This document shows, piece by piece, positions 37,695-47,060 of a stretch of DNA of 64,000 nucleotides; position 1 is the stretch's first letter, and each line of letters begins with the position of its first letter. Where the stretch lies: positions 160-64,159 of the forward strand of contig CADECM010000022.1 of assembly GCA_902825845.1 (NCBI GenBank), in the 5' to 3' direction. The notes under the pieces were generated by a model, which ran no database searches, was not told the DNA's origin, and saw nothing but the letters and a program-made list of their open reading frames with translations. The position numbers and the translations under genes were made by a program. Origin of the DNA: an uncultured beta proteobacterium. GTDB lineage: Bacteria; Pseudomonadota; Gammaproteobacteria; Burkholderiales; SG8-41.

Positions 37695-37933
37695 ATAAGA
37701 GTACGTTACGGCGGCGGCGTTGCGATGGTAGACCTGCGCGCCGGGCAGCACACCTCAAGTTGCTGCCTGCGCCCGCCGATAGATTGATTATGAAGGAAGG
37801 TGTTGCCAACCGTGGCAGCCTGCGGCGGTTAGCGGCACACGCGAGACACCGTCGCCGGCCGGGAAACGCCGGATTCACGGGCAATCAGGCGCAAGCGCGT
37901 CAAAACAGGAATCGCTGTAACAATCAAATCGTT

Positions 37934-38239
37934 ATGTCAAACCTCGGCGATATCGGCAAGGACACGCTGCGCGGAATCGCCGGCATGTACGCGGCGGCGA
38001 CGCGCGAGAAGCGGCGCGTGCTGGATGAAATGAGCGCCGTCAGCGGCCTCTTGCCGCTGCTGATGAAGCCGCGCAATCATCAACGATGGACGCGCGCCGA
38101 GAAAGTACTGCTGCGCCGGCACATGAAACGGGTGTCGCGCCTGAGCCCGTACCTGGTATTGCTGGCCATGCCCGGCGGATTGCTCGCGCTGCCGGCCGTG
38201 GCGTGGTGGCTGGACCGCCGCCGCGCGGGCTCGCGTTAA
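37934..38239 (+). CDS. hypothetical small protein with a C-terminal TM segment
   Basis: 101-aa ORF from ATG 37934 with hydrophobic SPYLVLLAMPGGLLALPAVAWW. No clear Shine-Dalgarno sequence. Confidence 0.35.
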   Translation: MSNLGDIGKDTLRGIAGMYAAATREKRRVLDEMSAVSGLLPLLMKPRNHQRWTRAEKVLLRRHMKRVSRLSPYLVLLAMPGGLLALPAVAWWLDRRRAGSR

Positions 38240-38413
38240 CCCCCACGCGATCCCATCCGCGCCGGCGGCGTCGCGTCATAAACGCCCCGGCTTGCGGCGC
38301 GCATCTGCGGGTATCGCGATGAGCTGTGCATTTTCTGCGCTGTTCGACGCCTCACCGTGCACCGCGTGGCGCTATAGTGCACGCTCGATTATCTCTCCAG
38401 TTCGAGCCCCTCC

Positions 38414-38755
38414 ATGCCCTATGTAATCCGCGACAGCAGCGGCAGAATCCTGCAGGTGATTGAAGCCAGCGTATCCGGCGCCAACGAAAACCTGCCGGCC
38501 GATTGCCCGGAGCTTCAGGATTACCATGCCGGCCGCGAGCTGGGCCCCAATACCCTGCGCATGCAACTGGTGGAAAGCGATCAGGGCATGGCACGGCTGG
38601 TCGAGGATCTGATCGACATACTGATTGCCAAGCACCTTATCCAGTTCACTGATCTGCCGCACGCGGCCGGCGCCAAGTACCTGCGGCGCCAGGGCAAACG
38701 TGAAAAGCTGGAGGCGATCAACAATCTCGTCGAGGACAGTGGCGGACTGTTCTGA
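38414..38755 (+). CDS. hypothetical protein
   Basis: 113-aa ORF with non-shadow-like composition. No clear Shine-Dalgarno sequence. Confidence 0.4.
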   Translation: MPYVIRDSSGRILQVIEASVSGANENLPADCPELQDYHAGRELGPNTLRMQLVESDQGMARLVEDLIDILIAKHLIQFTDLPHAAGAKYLRRQGKREKLEAINNLVEDSGGLF

Positions 38756-38966
38756 GCGCCGCTGCTGGACGCCTTCACCGCTACACCGCGGGCCAATAGC
38801 GGCGGCGAAAACCCGCGCACGGCCATCCGTAGTGCGCGCGCCGCCCCAAAATAGGTGTATTTCCTACACCAGGCCGGGCATAACGTTTCTTTCGCGCGCG
38901 CCGTTGTGAAATTAGAGTGGGAACTGTCCTGAACAGACGGATTTCACGCAACCCAACGGAGGCTTT

Positions 38967-39170
38967 ATGGAACAGATCGAATTCCCGCAATACAGTTTCG
39001 CCCAGTTAATCGAGCCGGCTGTCGTACAGGCGGCGGCTGAACGCGCCGCACAGTGGAATCTGCCGCGCCGCATTTGCCGCCCGCTTGACCGCCGCATGGT
39101 GGTGCCGGTCAGCGCCGATGTGGCAGCCTACGACGCCACCATCGAAGCGTCGCCGATCGATGAGGAATAA
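38967..39170 (+). CDS. hypothetical small protein
   Basis: 67-aa ORF with GGAGG 7 nt upstream of the ATG. Confidence 0.45.
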   Translation: MEQIEFPQYSFAQLIEPAVVQAAAERAAQWNLPRRICRPLDRRMVVPVSADVAAYDATIEASPIDEE

Positions 39171-39298
39171 GCGCCGGACGTAACCTTGCCGCGGCAGTGC
39201 AACGCCATTGCCGCGGCGCGCAGTGCTGGCACGCGTGCAGCACCGCCGCACACCCGCCTGACATTGCCGAGCAAGCACCGCACCCGGTAGTGGAATCT

Positions 39299-39328
39299 AT
39301 ATAAGTTATTGTTTTTATTGAATATTTT
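39299..39328 (-). repeat. AT-rich boundary motif, copy g
   Basis: The minus strand reads AAAATATTCAATAAAAACAATAACTTATAT, 12 nt from the GGDEF gene stop. Confidence 0.7.
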
Positions 39329-39339
39329 TATTTCAACCC

Positions 39340-40440
39340 TCAATGCCGTACGATGGTCTGCCGGGTTCCCGTGTCGCCCATGCGGGAAGCCGACGCGTAC
39401 CTGCCGCTGGCACTGTTCACCGCATCGACTGTCACCCGGTTGCGTCCGCCCGATTTTGAGGCGTACAGCGCCTTGTCGGCGCGTGCCAGATAACTTTCAA
39501 TGCTATCGCTGGCGCGATAGTCGGTAAGGCCCAGCGATATGGTGATCTTGCCCACTTCGCCGGTCGTCGCGGTACTGATGCGGCCCTTGGCAATGGTGGC
39601 GCGAATGTGCTCGGCGAGTTTTTCCGCGCCTTCGATCGGCGTATCCGGCAAAAACACCACAAACTCCTCGCCGCCGATGCGCGCGGCCGTGTCCTGTCCC
39701 TTGATCATCTTGCGCAGAATTTGCGCCACGCTGCGGATCACCTTGTCGCCAAACAAATGGCCATAGTCGTCATTGCATTTCTTGAAATGATCGATGTCCA
39801 CCACGATCAGGCATGAATCGCCGAGCCCACCGGCATTGGCGGCCTGAATGGTCTCGATGGTCTTCATGAAACCGCGGCGATTGGCGATACCGGTCAGCGG
39901 ATCCGTCAACGCCTCGCCCTTGGCGCGTATCAGTTCGGCACGCAGCTTTTCAACCTCGCGGCTGCTGAATTGCAGCTGCAATTCCAGCTCACTGGTGCGC
40001 GCACACATCTGCTCGGTCTTCTCCAGCATGGATTGCACGGCGGTTCTGAGATGTTCCGGATCAATGCCGGGCTTGAGTTGCTCGCCGAAGCCGCCCAGGG
40101 ATTTGCTGTAGTCCGAAGCATGCCTGCCGGTGTCACTGGCGGTACGCGACAAATCCGCCAGCATGCGTTCCAGTTCAGCGCGCAATTGCAGCGCCACCGC
40201 ATCGTCGCGTTTGGCAATATGCTGTTCATGCAACTGGGATACCATGTGGTCATCCAGTGGCGTGCCCGACGCCAGAAACTTGTCCACATCGGTCTTGAGG
40301 GCGGGATTCATGCCCGCGGCGTATTCATACCAGACGGCATAGCTGACCGGATGAAATCCTGCAGCCTGCTTTGCCAGCAGCGGCAATATCATGCGCAGCA
40401 GTTCGCCGCTGGCTTCGCGTGTTTCGGAGTAGCGTTGCAT
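39340..40440 (-). CDS. diguanylate cyclase (GGDEF domain) with a coiled N-terminal sensor region
   Basis: The GGEEF active site lies in a C-terminal GGDEF domain, with an RxxD-type context upstream. Confidence 0.85.
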   Translation of the reverse strand: MQRYSETREASGELLRMILPLLAKQAAGFHPVSYAVWYEYAAGMNPALKTDVDKFLASGTPLDDHMVSQLHEQHIAKRDDAVALQLRAELERMLADLSRTASDTGRHASDYSKSLGGFGEQLKPGIDPEHLRTAVQSMLEKTEQMCARTSELELQLQFSSREVEKLRAELIRAKGEALTDPLTGIANRRGFMKTIETIQAANAGGLGDSCLIVVDIDHFKKCNDDYGHLFGDKVIRSVAQILRKMIKGQDTAARIGGEEFVVFLPDTPIEGAEKLAEHIRATIAKGRISTATTGEVGKITISLGLTDYRASDSIESYLARADKALYASKSGGRNRVTVDAVNSASGRYASASRMGDTGTRQTIVRH

Positions 40441-40651
40441 AGGGGTTAGTCCTTCACGAACAGCATCGATTGGCGTATTTTCATGGGGTATCCATGCATG
40501 TTCCGGGGCGCGCGGCGGCGCCTTGCCGGCACGCCGGCATCCCTGGTTTCACGTGCAAATATATCCGCGCCGGCGAGCTGCCATGGCATGGAGGAAAGGC
40601 TAAAAACCGAGTCATATCGGCGTTTGCCCGGGAATAATACTTTCAGCAACA

Positions 40652-42547
40652 TCATGCCGCCCGCGCGGATGGCGCGCACGGCCGCAGTCGCCCGGCCAGT
40701 TGATCCGGCGGCATGGGGCGGCCCAACAGATAGCCTTGCGCCTCGTCGCAGCCGATGTTGCGCAGGAAAGCGAGTTGTGATTCCGTTTCCACGCCCTCCG
40801 CCACCACGTTCAACCCGAGACTGTGGGCCATGGCAACCAGTGCCTTGGTGATGGTTGCGTCGTCCGCATCGTCCGGCAAATCCTTGACAAACGAACGGTC
40901 GATTTTGAGGGTCTGCGCCGGAAAGCGCTTCAGGTAGGCGAGTGACGAGTAGCCCGTACCGAAGTCGTCAATTGCAATGTGCACGCCCATTTGGTGCAAC
41001 TGCATCAGCGTCTGCAACGTGCGTTCCGGATTGGCCATCAGCAGGCTCTCGGTGATTTCGAGCTCCAGCGCGCTGGCGTCCAGTTGTGTCGCGGCCAGTG
41101 CCTGCACCACGTCGTCAACCAGGCCGTCGACATTGAACTGGCGCACCGACAGGTTGACGGCACAGCGCGGCGGCGTCAGACCGTCGCGGCGCCAGGCCTG
41201 AGCCTGCCGGCACGCCTCGCGGATCACCCATTGGCCGATGGGCGCGATGAGACCGCTGTCTTCCGCCAGCGTAATGAACTCGCCGGGACCGACCAGGCCA
41301 CGCGCCGGATGCTGCCAGCGGATGAGCGCTTCGACGGCAACCATCTCTCCGCTCACAATGTTGATCTTGGGCTGGTACACCAGCCGGAACTCCTCGCGCT
41401 CGATGGCCAGCCGCAGATCGGCCTCCAGCGCGAACTGCTGCTCGGCGCGGGCGGCGAGTTCCGCCGTGTAAAACTGATAGTTGTTCTTGCCCTTGCTCTT
41501 GGCCAGGTACATCGCCGCATCCGCGTGCTTCAGCATGCTCGCGGCGTCGTCGCAATCGTCCGGAAAGACGCTGATGCCGATGCTGCCGCTCACCTGAAAG
41601 CTGCAGTTCTCGATGCACAGGGGCTCATGGATTGCCCGCAGCGCGCGGCCCGCTATGTTCGCCAGCATCACCGCGTCGACACAGTTCTCCAGCAGCACCA
41701 CAAATTCGTCGCCGCCCAGCCGCGCCACCATATCGGTCTTGCGCAAGAGGTGCGTCAGCCGCGAGGCAACCACCTTGAGCAGCGTGTCGCCGGCCGCATG
41801 ACCCAGACTGTCGTTGATATTCTTGAAGCGATCCAGGTCGATGAAGAAAACCGCGAATGGCGAACCGGAGCGGCGCGAGCGCTCCAGCGCGCGCCCGACT
41901 TCACTGATAAAGGAACGGCGGTTGGGCAAGCCCGTCAGGCCGTCATAGCTTGCCAGATGCGCCACGCGCTCCTCGGCCAGGCGCGTCTCGGTGACGTCGC
42001 TGCCGACGCCGCGATAACCCTTGAATTCGCCGAAGTCGACTATGGGTTCGCCGCTGATGCGCATGTAATGGCGGTTGCGGTTGCTGTCCGTGTAGCCGAA
42101 CGTGAAGTCGCGAAAGGGTTTGCGCGCGCTGACGCAGTCATGGTAAGCGCACAATGCATCGTGTTCCGCGTGATAGGCCTCGCCTTCCATACAGCGCGTG
42201 CCCAGCAGCACGAACGGGTCGAATCCGGCATTTTCCGAATGCCGCTCGGAAAAATAGGTGAAGCGGCAATCGGCATTCTGCTCCCACACCCAGTCGGAGG
42301 ACAGCGACACCAGGCTTTTCAGCCGCCCCTGCGCAATACGCAATTCGCGGTTCAGTTCGTTCATCTCGTTGGACGACACCTCCTGCGAACGTTCCAGCAG
42401 GTAGCGGTCTTCCTCGGCTTCGGTGTAGGCGCGGCTGACTTTTTCCAGCAACCGCGGCCACGTGTCGGGCGCGGGCGGCGGGCCGCCCGCATCCAGACCC
42501 AGACGCTTCAATTGGCGCTTGAGCAGCGCGTTCAGGGAACCCGCCAT
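40652..42547 (-). CDS. PAS-GGDEF-EAL c-di-GMP turnover protein
   Basis: 631 aa with a PAS-like region, GGDEF (GGDEF motif present) and an EAL domain (EALIRW, DDFGTGYSSL). Confidence 0.9.
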   Translation of the reverse strand: MAGSLNALLKRQLKRLGLDAGGPPPAPDTWPRLLEKVSRAYTEAEEDRYLLERSQEVSSNEMNELNRELRIAQGRLKSLVSLSSDWVWEQNADCRFTYFSERHSENAGFDPFVLLGTRCMEGEAYHAEHDALCAYHDCVSARKPFRDFTFGYTDSNRNRHYMRISGEPIVDFGEFKGYRGVGSDVTETRLAEERVAHLASYDGLTGLPNRRSFISEVGRALERSRRSGSPFAVFFIDLDRFKNINDSLGHAAGDTLLKVVASRLTHLLRKTDMVARLGGDEFVVLLENCVDAVMLANIAGRALRAIHEPLCIENCSFQVSGSIGISVFPDDCDDAASMLKHADAAMYLAKSKGKNNYQFYTAELAARAEQQFALEADLRLAIEREEFRLVYQPKINIVSGEMVAVEALIRWQHPARGLVGPGEFITLAEDSGLIAPIGQWVIREACRQAQAWRRDGLTPPRCAVNLSVRQFNVDGLVDDVVQALAATQLDASALELEITESLLMANPERTLQTLMQLHQMGVHIAIDDFGTGYSSLAYLKRFPAQTLKIDRSFVKDLPDDADDATITKALVAMAHSLGLNVVAEGVETESQLAFLRNIGCDEAQGYLLGRPMPPDQLAGRLRPCAPSARAA

Positions 42548-42551
42548 GATT

Positions 42552-43694
42552 TCAGACTTCCGTGATGACCGTGACCGTCATGGTCTGATTGTGCAGATCG
42601 CTGGCGCCACCCTGAATCGTGGGCGAGATTTCGCCATAGGAATAAAAGCCGACGTGTTGCGCGCCGGCGGGCGCGCCATCGAGTATGGTCTCCACCTCTT
42701 CCTCGGTGCGCTCCCCCAGCACCAGTCTGCGCCCCACGCAACTGACCGAAATCACCAGCGCGCCGCCGCTGCCGGCGAGGTCGCGCGTGGCGCTCGCAAT
42801 GGCGTGACCGGCACTGCCGATGAGGCTGTCGTCCTTGGCGCGCATCAGCCGCGCAATGGCGCCCTGCGGCATGTCGCCGGCAAAGGTCATGGACTTCTGC
42901 GCTTCGTCGATGCCGAGTATGGTGCGCACCACCGGCGTCGTGTCGCCGGCATGGCGGCGAATGGCAAGCGGAAACAGCAGCGCATTGCCGGGCAGGCCCG
43001 CGGCCAGTTCGCCCAGATAGGTTTTGTACAGATCCAGCGCCGGCTTGCCATCCAGTTCATGCAAAATATTGCCCTCCGAGCGCGTAATGCGCCGCTCCGG
43101 ACCGAAATCCGACCAGCCATGGTCGCAGCCATGGCCGACGCGAAGGCGATCGCCGTAAAAGCCCACGGCGCAGATGTGATTGCGTTTCGCGGCCGCGCCG
43201 TCGAGCACCCAGGTGCTGGCGAAATTGCTGCCGTCGCCCGCGAGTCCGCCGAATATGGACACGTTCGCCGGCAACCCGCTGGACAGGCCCTCCACCAGCG
43301 CCGTGCCATTGACACAGGTGCCATCCGACAGCACCAGCACTGCGGCCAGATCATCGGCCTTCAGTTGCGCCGCCAGGTCCCGGCCAGCCTGCAGCGACCC
43401 ATTGGCATCGGCGATCGCGGTCAGCGCACGCCGCAGGCGCGTGTGGCTGAACTGCGTAATTGCCACGCTGACCGAGTCGTCATTGACGCAGTCACCGGCG
43501 ATTTCGCCGGAGGTCGAACAGCCGGCAATGATGGAACGGGGAAACGCAGCCGCCAGCGATGCAAAGGGGGCCGGCGCCGTTTCGAACGATTTCGCGCCAA
43601 ACGCCAGCACCAGGGTTTGCGGACCATCCAGTTCGCCCGGTGGCGGGACGGTCCAGCCTTCGTTCATTTGGAAGCTTGCCGATTGGGTGTGCAT
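42552..43694 (-). CDS. FIST N/C domain sensor protein
   Basis: 380 aa from ATG 43694 with FIST-like blocks (AGCSTSGEIAG, FYSYGEISP). Its stop is 4 nt before the PAS-GGDEF-EAL start. Confidence 0.8.
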   Translation of the reverse strand: MHTQSASFQMNEGWTVPPPGELDGPQTLVLAFGAKSFETAPAPFASLAAAFPRSIIAGCSTSGEIAGDCVNDDSVSVAITQFSHTRLRRALTAIADANGSLQAGRDLAAQLKADDLAAVLVLSDGTCVNGTALVEGLSSGLPANVSIFGGLAGDGSNFASTWVLDGAAAKRNHICAVGFYGDRLRVGHGCDHGWSDFGPERRITRSEGNILHELDGKPALDLYKTYLGELAAGLPGNALLFPLAIRRHAGDTTPVVRTILGIDEAQKSMTFAGDMPQGAIARLMRAKDDSLIGSAGHAIASATRDLAGSGGALVISVSCVGRRLVLGERTEEEVETILDGAPAGAQHVGFYSYGEISPTIQGGASDLHNQTMTVTVITEV

Positions 43695-43770
43695 TGTTTT
43701 TTTCCTTGCTCTGTTTACGCTATCCGGATGGGATTCCGGCATGAATGGCCGCGCTGGCACGGCATCACGT

Positions 43771-44631
43771 TTAGAAAATGCCCGACGATTCCATGGTTTC
43801 CGTCATCACGGCTTCAAGCGCCTCCATGGACGTGTTCAGGTCCGCCATGGCGAAAACGCAGCCATTGCTCCAATCCGGACTCTCGGTCCCGGTGGTCTGC
43901 TTGACGTAGATCCATTCCGCCACCAGCGCCAGTGCAATCCGTTTTGCATGCGCGGGATTAATCTTCTCCCGGCCCTGCAACAGGGTCGTATAGTCGTGAT
44001 GCCAGAGGATGGGTTCGTAAATTTCCTCCGGCAGCAGCCAGATCCTGGCAAGATTGGCGCCGACCAGCGCGTGATTCATGTTGTGCAGTTTGTTTTCGAG
44101 CGCGATGACGTTGCCGCCCGCGGGTGACGCCTCGCCGGGCAGTACCGGGTGATAGTCCTCATAGCTGTCCATCATCGCCAGCATGCCGCAGTCGCGGAAC
44201 AACGCGAAGGTGTAGGTCTCGTCGCGATCAAAGCCGCCGAGCCGGCCCGCCAGGAACGCGCTGATCTGCGCGATGGTGGCGGACGATTCCCAGTATTGCT
44301 CCATGCGCTCCGAACTGCCGTTGGCGAACGCATCGCGCAGCAGCACCCGGGTTGCGAGCCGTCTGACCTCGCGCAGTCCCAGCAGGATAATGGCCTGTTG
44401 CACCGACGTCGCCTTGGTGCGCAAGCCGTAAAAAGCCGAATTGACCGTTTGCAGCATGGCCGCGGAGAGGCTGGCGTCTTCGCTGATCAAGCCGCTGATC
44501 CGCGTGAAGTCCGGCTCGTCGCCGCGCATTTCCTTCATCAGCTTGGTCAATATGGCAGGACAGGGCGGAATACAGATTCCCGACAGCACCTGTTCGGCGT
44601 CTTTATCCGTGAAACTTGTGTTTTGATCCAT
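43771..44631 (-). CDS. HDOD domain protein
   Basis: CPAILTKLMKEM..ISGLISEDASLSAAMLQTVNSAFYGL..SVQQAIILLG is typical of HDOD. Confidence 0.8.
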   Translation of the reverse strand: MDQNTSFTDKDAEQVLSGICIPPCPAILTKLMKEMRGDEPDFTRISGLISEDASLSAAMLQTVNSAFYGLRTKATSVQQAIILLGLREVRRLATRVLLRDAFANGSSERMEQYWESSATIAQISAFLAGRLGGFDRDETYTFALFRDCGMLAMMDSYEDYHPVLPGEASPAGGNVIALENKLHNMNHALVGANLARIWLLPEEIYEPILWHHDYTTLLQGREKINPAHAKRIALALVAEWIYVKQTTGTESPDWSNGCVFAMADLNTSMEALEAVMTETMESSGIF

Positions 44632-44891
44632 GTATTCCCACCCCATTGATTGGTGCGCGCAAAATCCCGACACGGCGCCTGTCACAGACACCATCGGCAA
44701 AGTGATATGAATCTTAACGGCCGGGCGCAACGGCCAATCCGGCGAACAGGGCCTGGGTATGCATGCATTTCACGTCTTTGCCCCGGCACGCGCAACCACC
44801 CCTGCCGCAGGGTTGGCCACCCTGTGACAGGCGCGGCACGGCAGCGATAACCACGCAAGAGAATACCGCTGCACATTCCGGCCGCGGGACA

Positions 44892-46106
44892 TCAGTGCCG
44901 GGTCACCTCGAGGAAATGCATGGGGTCCACGCCCCATTGTTCGGGGGACTCGTCGGCGACGATGCGATAGTCGGGCTCGCGCGCCAGGTCGATTTCGACC
45001 GGGGCAATAGGGCCGCGCGCTGTGCTGCAGTAGAAGGCCCGCACCGCCGGCTTGAGCAGCACCGATGTATTTTGTTCCGTTACCACGGCGAGCCAGCCGT
45101 TGCTCAGCCGCACCAGCGTGCCGGTGGGATAAATGCCAATACAGCGGATAAACTGGCGCAGCAGCGTTTCATCAAAATGGCCGTTGCACCACTCCAGCAT
45201 TTTGCGCAGGGCCTCGGTGGGCGCGATGCCCTTGTGATAGGGCCGGTCCGAGGTGATGGCATCATAAACGTCGACGATCGCCGCCATGCGCGCGAGTTGC
45301 GAAATGCGATCGGCGGGCAGTTTTTCAGGATAGCCCTTGCCGTCCATTCGCTCATGGTGATGCAGCGTGATATCAAGCGGTGCGGCGCCCACATTGCTGG
45401 ATTTGAGCAGAATCGCATGCCCTTCGGCGGGGTGACGCTTGATCAGCAGAAACTCTCCTTCACTGAGCTTTCCTGCCTTGTTCAGGATCGCATCCGGCAC
45501 CAGTGTCTTGCCCACGTCGTGCACAAAGCCGCCGATGCCCGCCTGGCGCAGCGCCTCCCCGCTGAGTCCCAGCGCGCGGCCGAACGTCACCATCAGCGTG
45601 CCCACGCTCACGCAGTGCATGAAGGTATAGTCATCCTTGTTTTTCAGCCGCAGCATGGCGAGCAGCGCGCCGCTGTTGCGCACCACCGACTGGGTGATGT
45701 CATCCACCAGCCCGGCCACGTTCTCCACCTGCACCGCCTTGCCGAGGCGCCCGTCGCGCATCACGTCACGCACCACCGTGCCCGCGCGCTGATAGAGGAT
45801 GCGTGCGTTCCGTATCTCTTCGCTCACGGTAATGCGCATGGGGGGCGGCGATTCGTTCGCCACATCGCGCATGCGCGCATCCACTTCTGCGCGCACGTCG
45901 GCGGCGGTCGGCGCGTCGTGCACGTCATCGCCCTTGTCAGTATCGATGTAAACCGCCTGCAGGCCGGCCGCCATCAGTTCGGCGACCTGATCCTCCGACT
46001 TGAGCTTGAAGCGGTTCAGGGTGAATGGGTGGTCAGCCCAAGCCACGCCGAGGTCGTGCACGTACATGCCGGGCGCCAGCCGTTCTACCGATATTTTCTT
46101 TAGCAT
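44892..46106 (-). CDS. HD-GYP domain c-di-GMP phosphodiesterase (DUF3391-type N-terminus)
   Basis: HD..HDVGK and HHERMDGKGYP motifs. Confidence 0.85.
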   Translation of the reverse strand: MLKKISVERLAPGMYVHDLGVAWADHPFTLNRFKLKSEDQVAELMAAGLQAVYIDTDKGDDVHDAPTAADVRAEVDARMRDVANESPPPMRITVSEEIRNARILYQRAGTVVRDVMRDGRLGKAVQVENVAGLVDDITQSVVRNSGALLAMLRLKNKDDYTFMHCVSVGTLMVTFGRALGLSGEALRQAGIGGFVHDVGKTLVPDAILNKAGKLSEGEFLLIKRHPAEGHAILLKSSNVGAAPLDITLHHHERMDGKGYPEKLPADRISQLARMAAIVDVYDAITSDRPYHKGIAPTEALRKMLEWCNGHFDETLLRQFIRCIGIYPTGTLVRLSNGWLAVVTEQNTSVLLKPAVRAFYCSTARGPIAPVEIDLAREPDYRIVADESPEQWGVDPMHFLEVTRH

Positions 46107-46158
46107 AAGCGCTATATCGGCATTTCGAGCGCCATCTTGAGGCGTAGCGGATCAACAA

Positions 46159-46186
46159 AAAATACAATAAAAACATATACTTATGA
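46159..46186 (+). repeat. AT-rich boundary motif, copy h
   Basis: AAAATACAATAAAAACATATACTTATGA. Lies between the HD-GYP start and the SDR stop. Confidence 0.7.
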
Positions 46187-46225
46187 CTTTGGCCCCAGAA
46201 GACGCCGAGAGCGGCGCCACACGCG

Positions 46226-46984
46226 CTAGTACGATGTCAATCCGCCGTCGAGTGCCAGCGTCTGCCCGGTTACATAGGCGGCCGCCGGGCTTGCAAGGTA
46301 CGCAACCAGGGCCGCGACCTCGTCCATGTCGCACAGCCGGGCCAGCGGCACGCGCGCGATCATGTCGGAAAAACCCTTGGGGTCCGCGCCAAAAAACGCC
46401 ACCCGCGATGGTGTCGCGACCGTGCCCGGCGCCACCGCATTGACGCGTATGCGGTGGGCGGCCCACTCGATGGCCAGCATGCGCGTCATATGCGAAATGC
46501 CCGCCTTCGAAACGCCGTACGCCGAACGCTGCGCGAATCCGACCAGGCCGTGAGTGGAACTGAGGTTGACGATACAACCCGCGCGCTGCTGCGCGATCAG
46601 GTGACGCCCCATCTGCTGGCACATGAAAAACGTGCCGGTGAGGTTGACGTCGATGATTGCCTGCCATTCCTCGCGCGTAGTGTCCACCGCCGGCGAGCGC
46701 GTGGTGATGCCGGCATTGTTCACCAGCAGATCCAGTTCGCCAAACGCGCCGGCCACCGCGGCCATGGCCTGCTCGATACTGGCCTGCGCGCGCAAATCGA
46801 GGTCCACGCCAACCGCGCGTGCGCCGGCAGCTTCGAGATCTTTGGCGGTTGCCCCGAGCTTTCCCGCGTCCGTGCCGGAGATCGCCACATCGTAGCCATC
46901 CGTCGCCAATCGCCGGGCAAGCGCAGCGCCCAAGCCCTGCGTGGCGCCGGTCACGAAGGCGGTGGGTCTTCTTGCAGCCGTCAT
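46226..46984 (-). CDS. SDR family oxidoreductase
   Basis: VTGATQGLGAA cofactor motif and a YGVSKAG catalytic context. GGAGGAG lies upstream of ATG 46984. Confidence 0.85.
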   Translation of the reverse strand: MTAARRPTAFVTGATQGLGAALARRLATDGYDVAISGTDAGKLGATAKDLEAAGARAVGVDLDLRAQASIEQAMAAVAGAFGELDLLVNNAGITTRSPAVDTTREEWQAIIDVNLTGTFFMCQQMGRHLIAQQRAGCIVNLSSTHGLVGFAQRSAYGVSKAGISHMTRMLAIEWAAHRIRVNAVAPGTVATPSRVAFFGADPKGFSDMIARVPLARLCDMDEVAALVAYLASPAAAYVTGQTLALDGGLTSY

Positions 46985-47060
46985 GCACTCCTCCACGATT
47001 GCGGCAGGCACACGCGGCGATGCGCGTCACCCGCCATTCGCTGAACCCGGGCCGGCGGCC

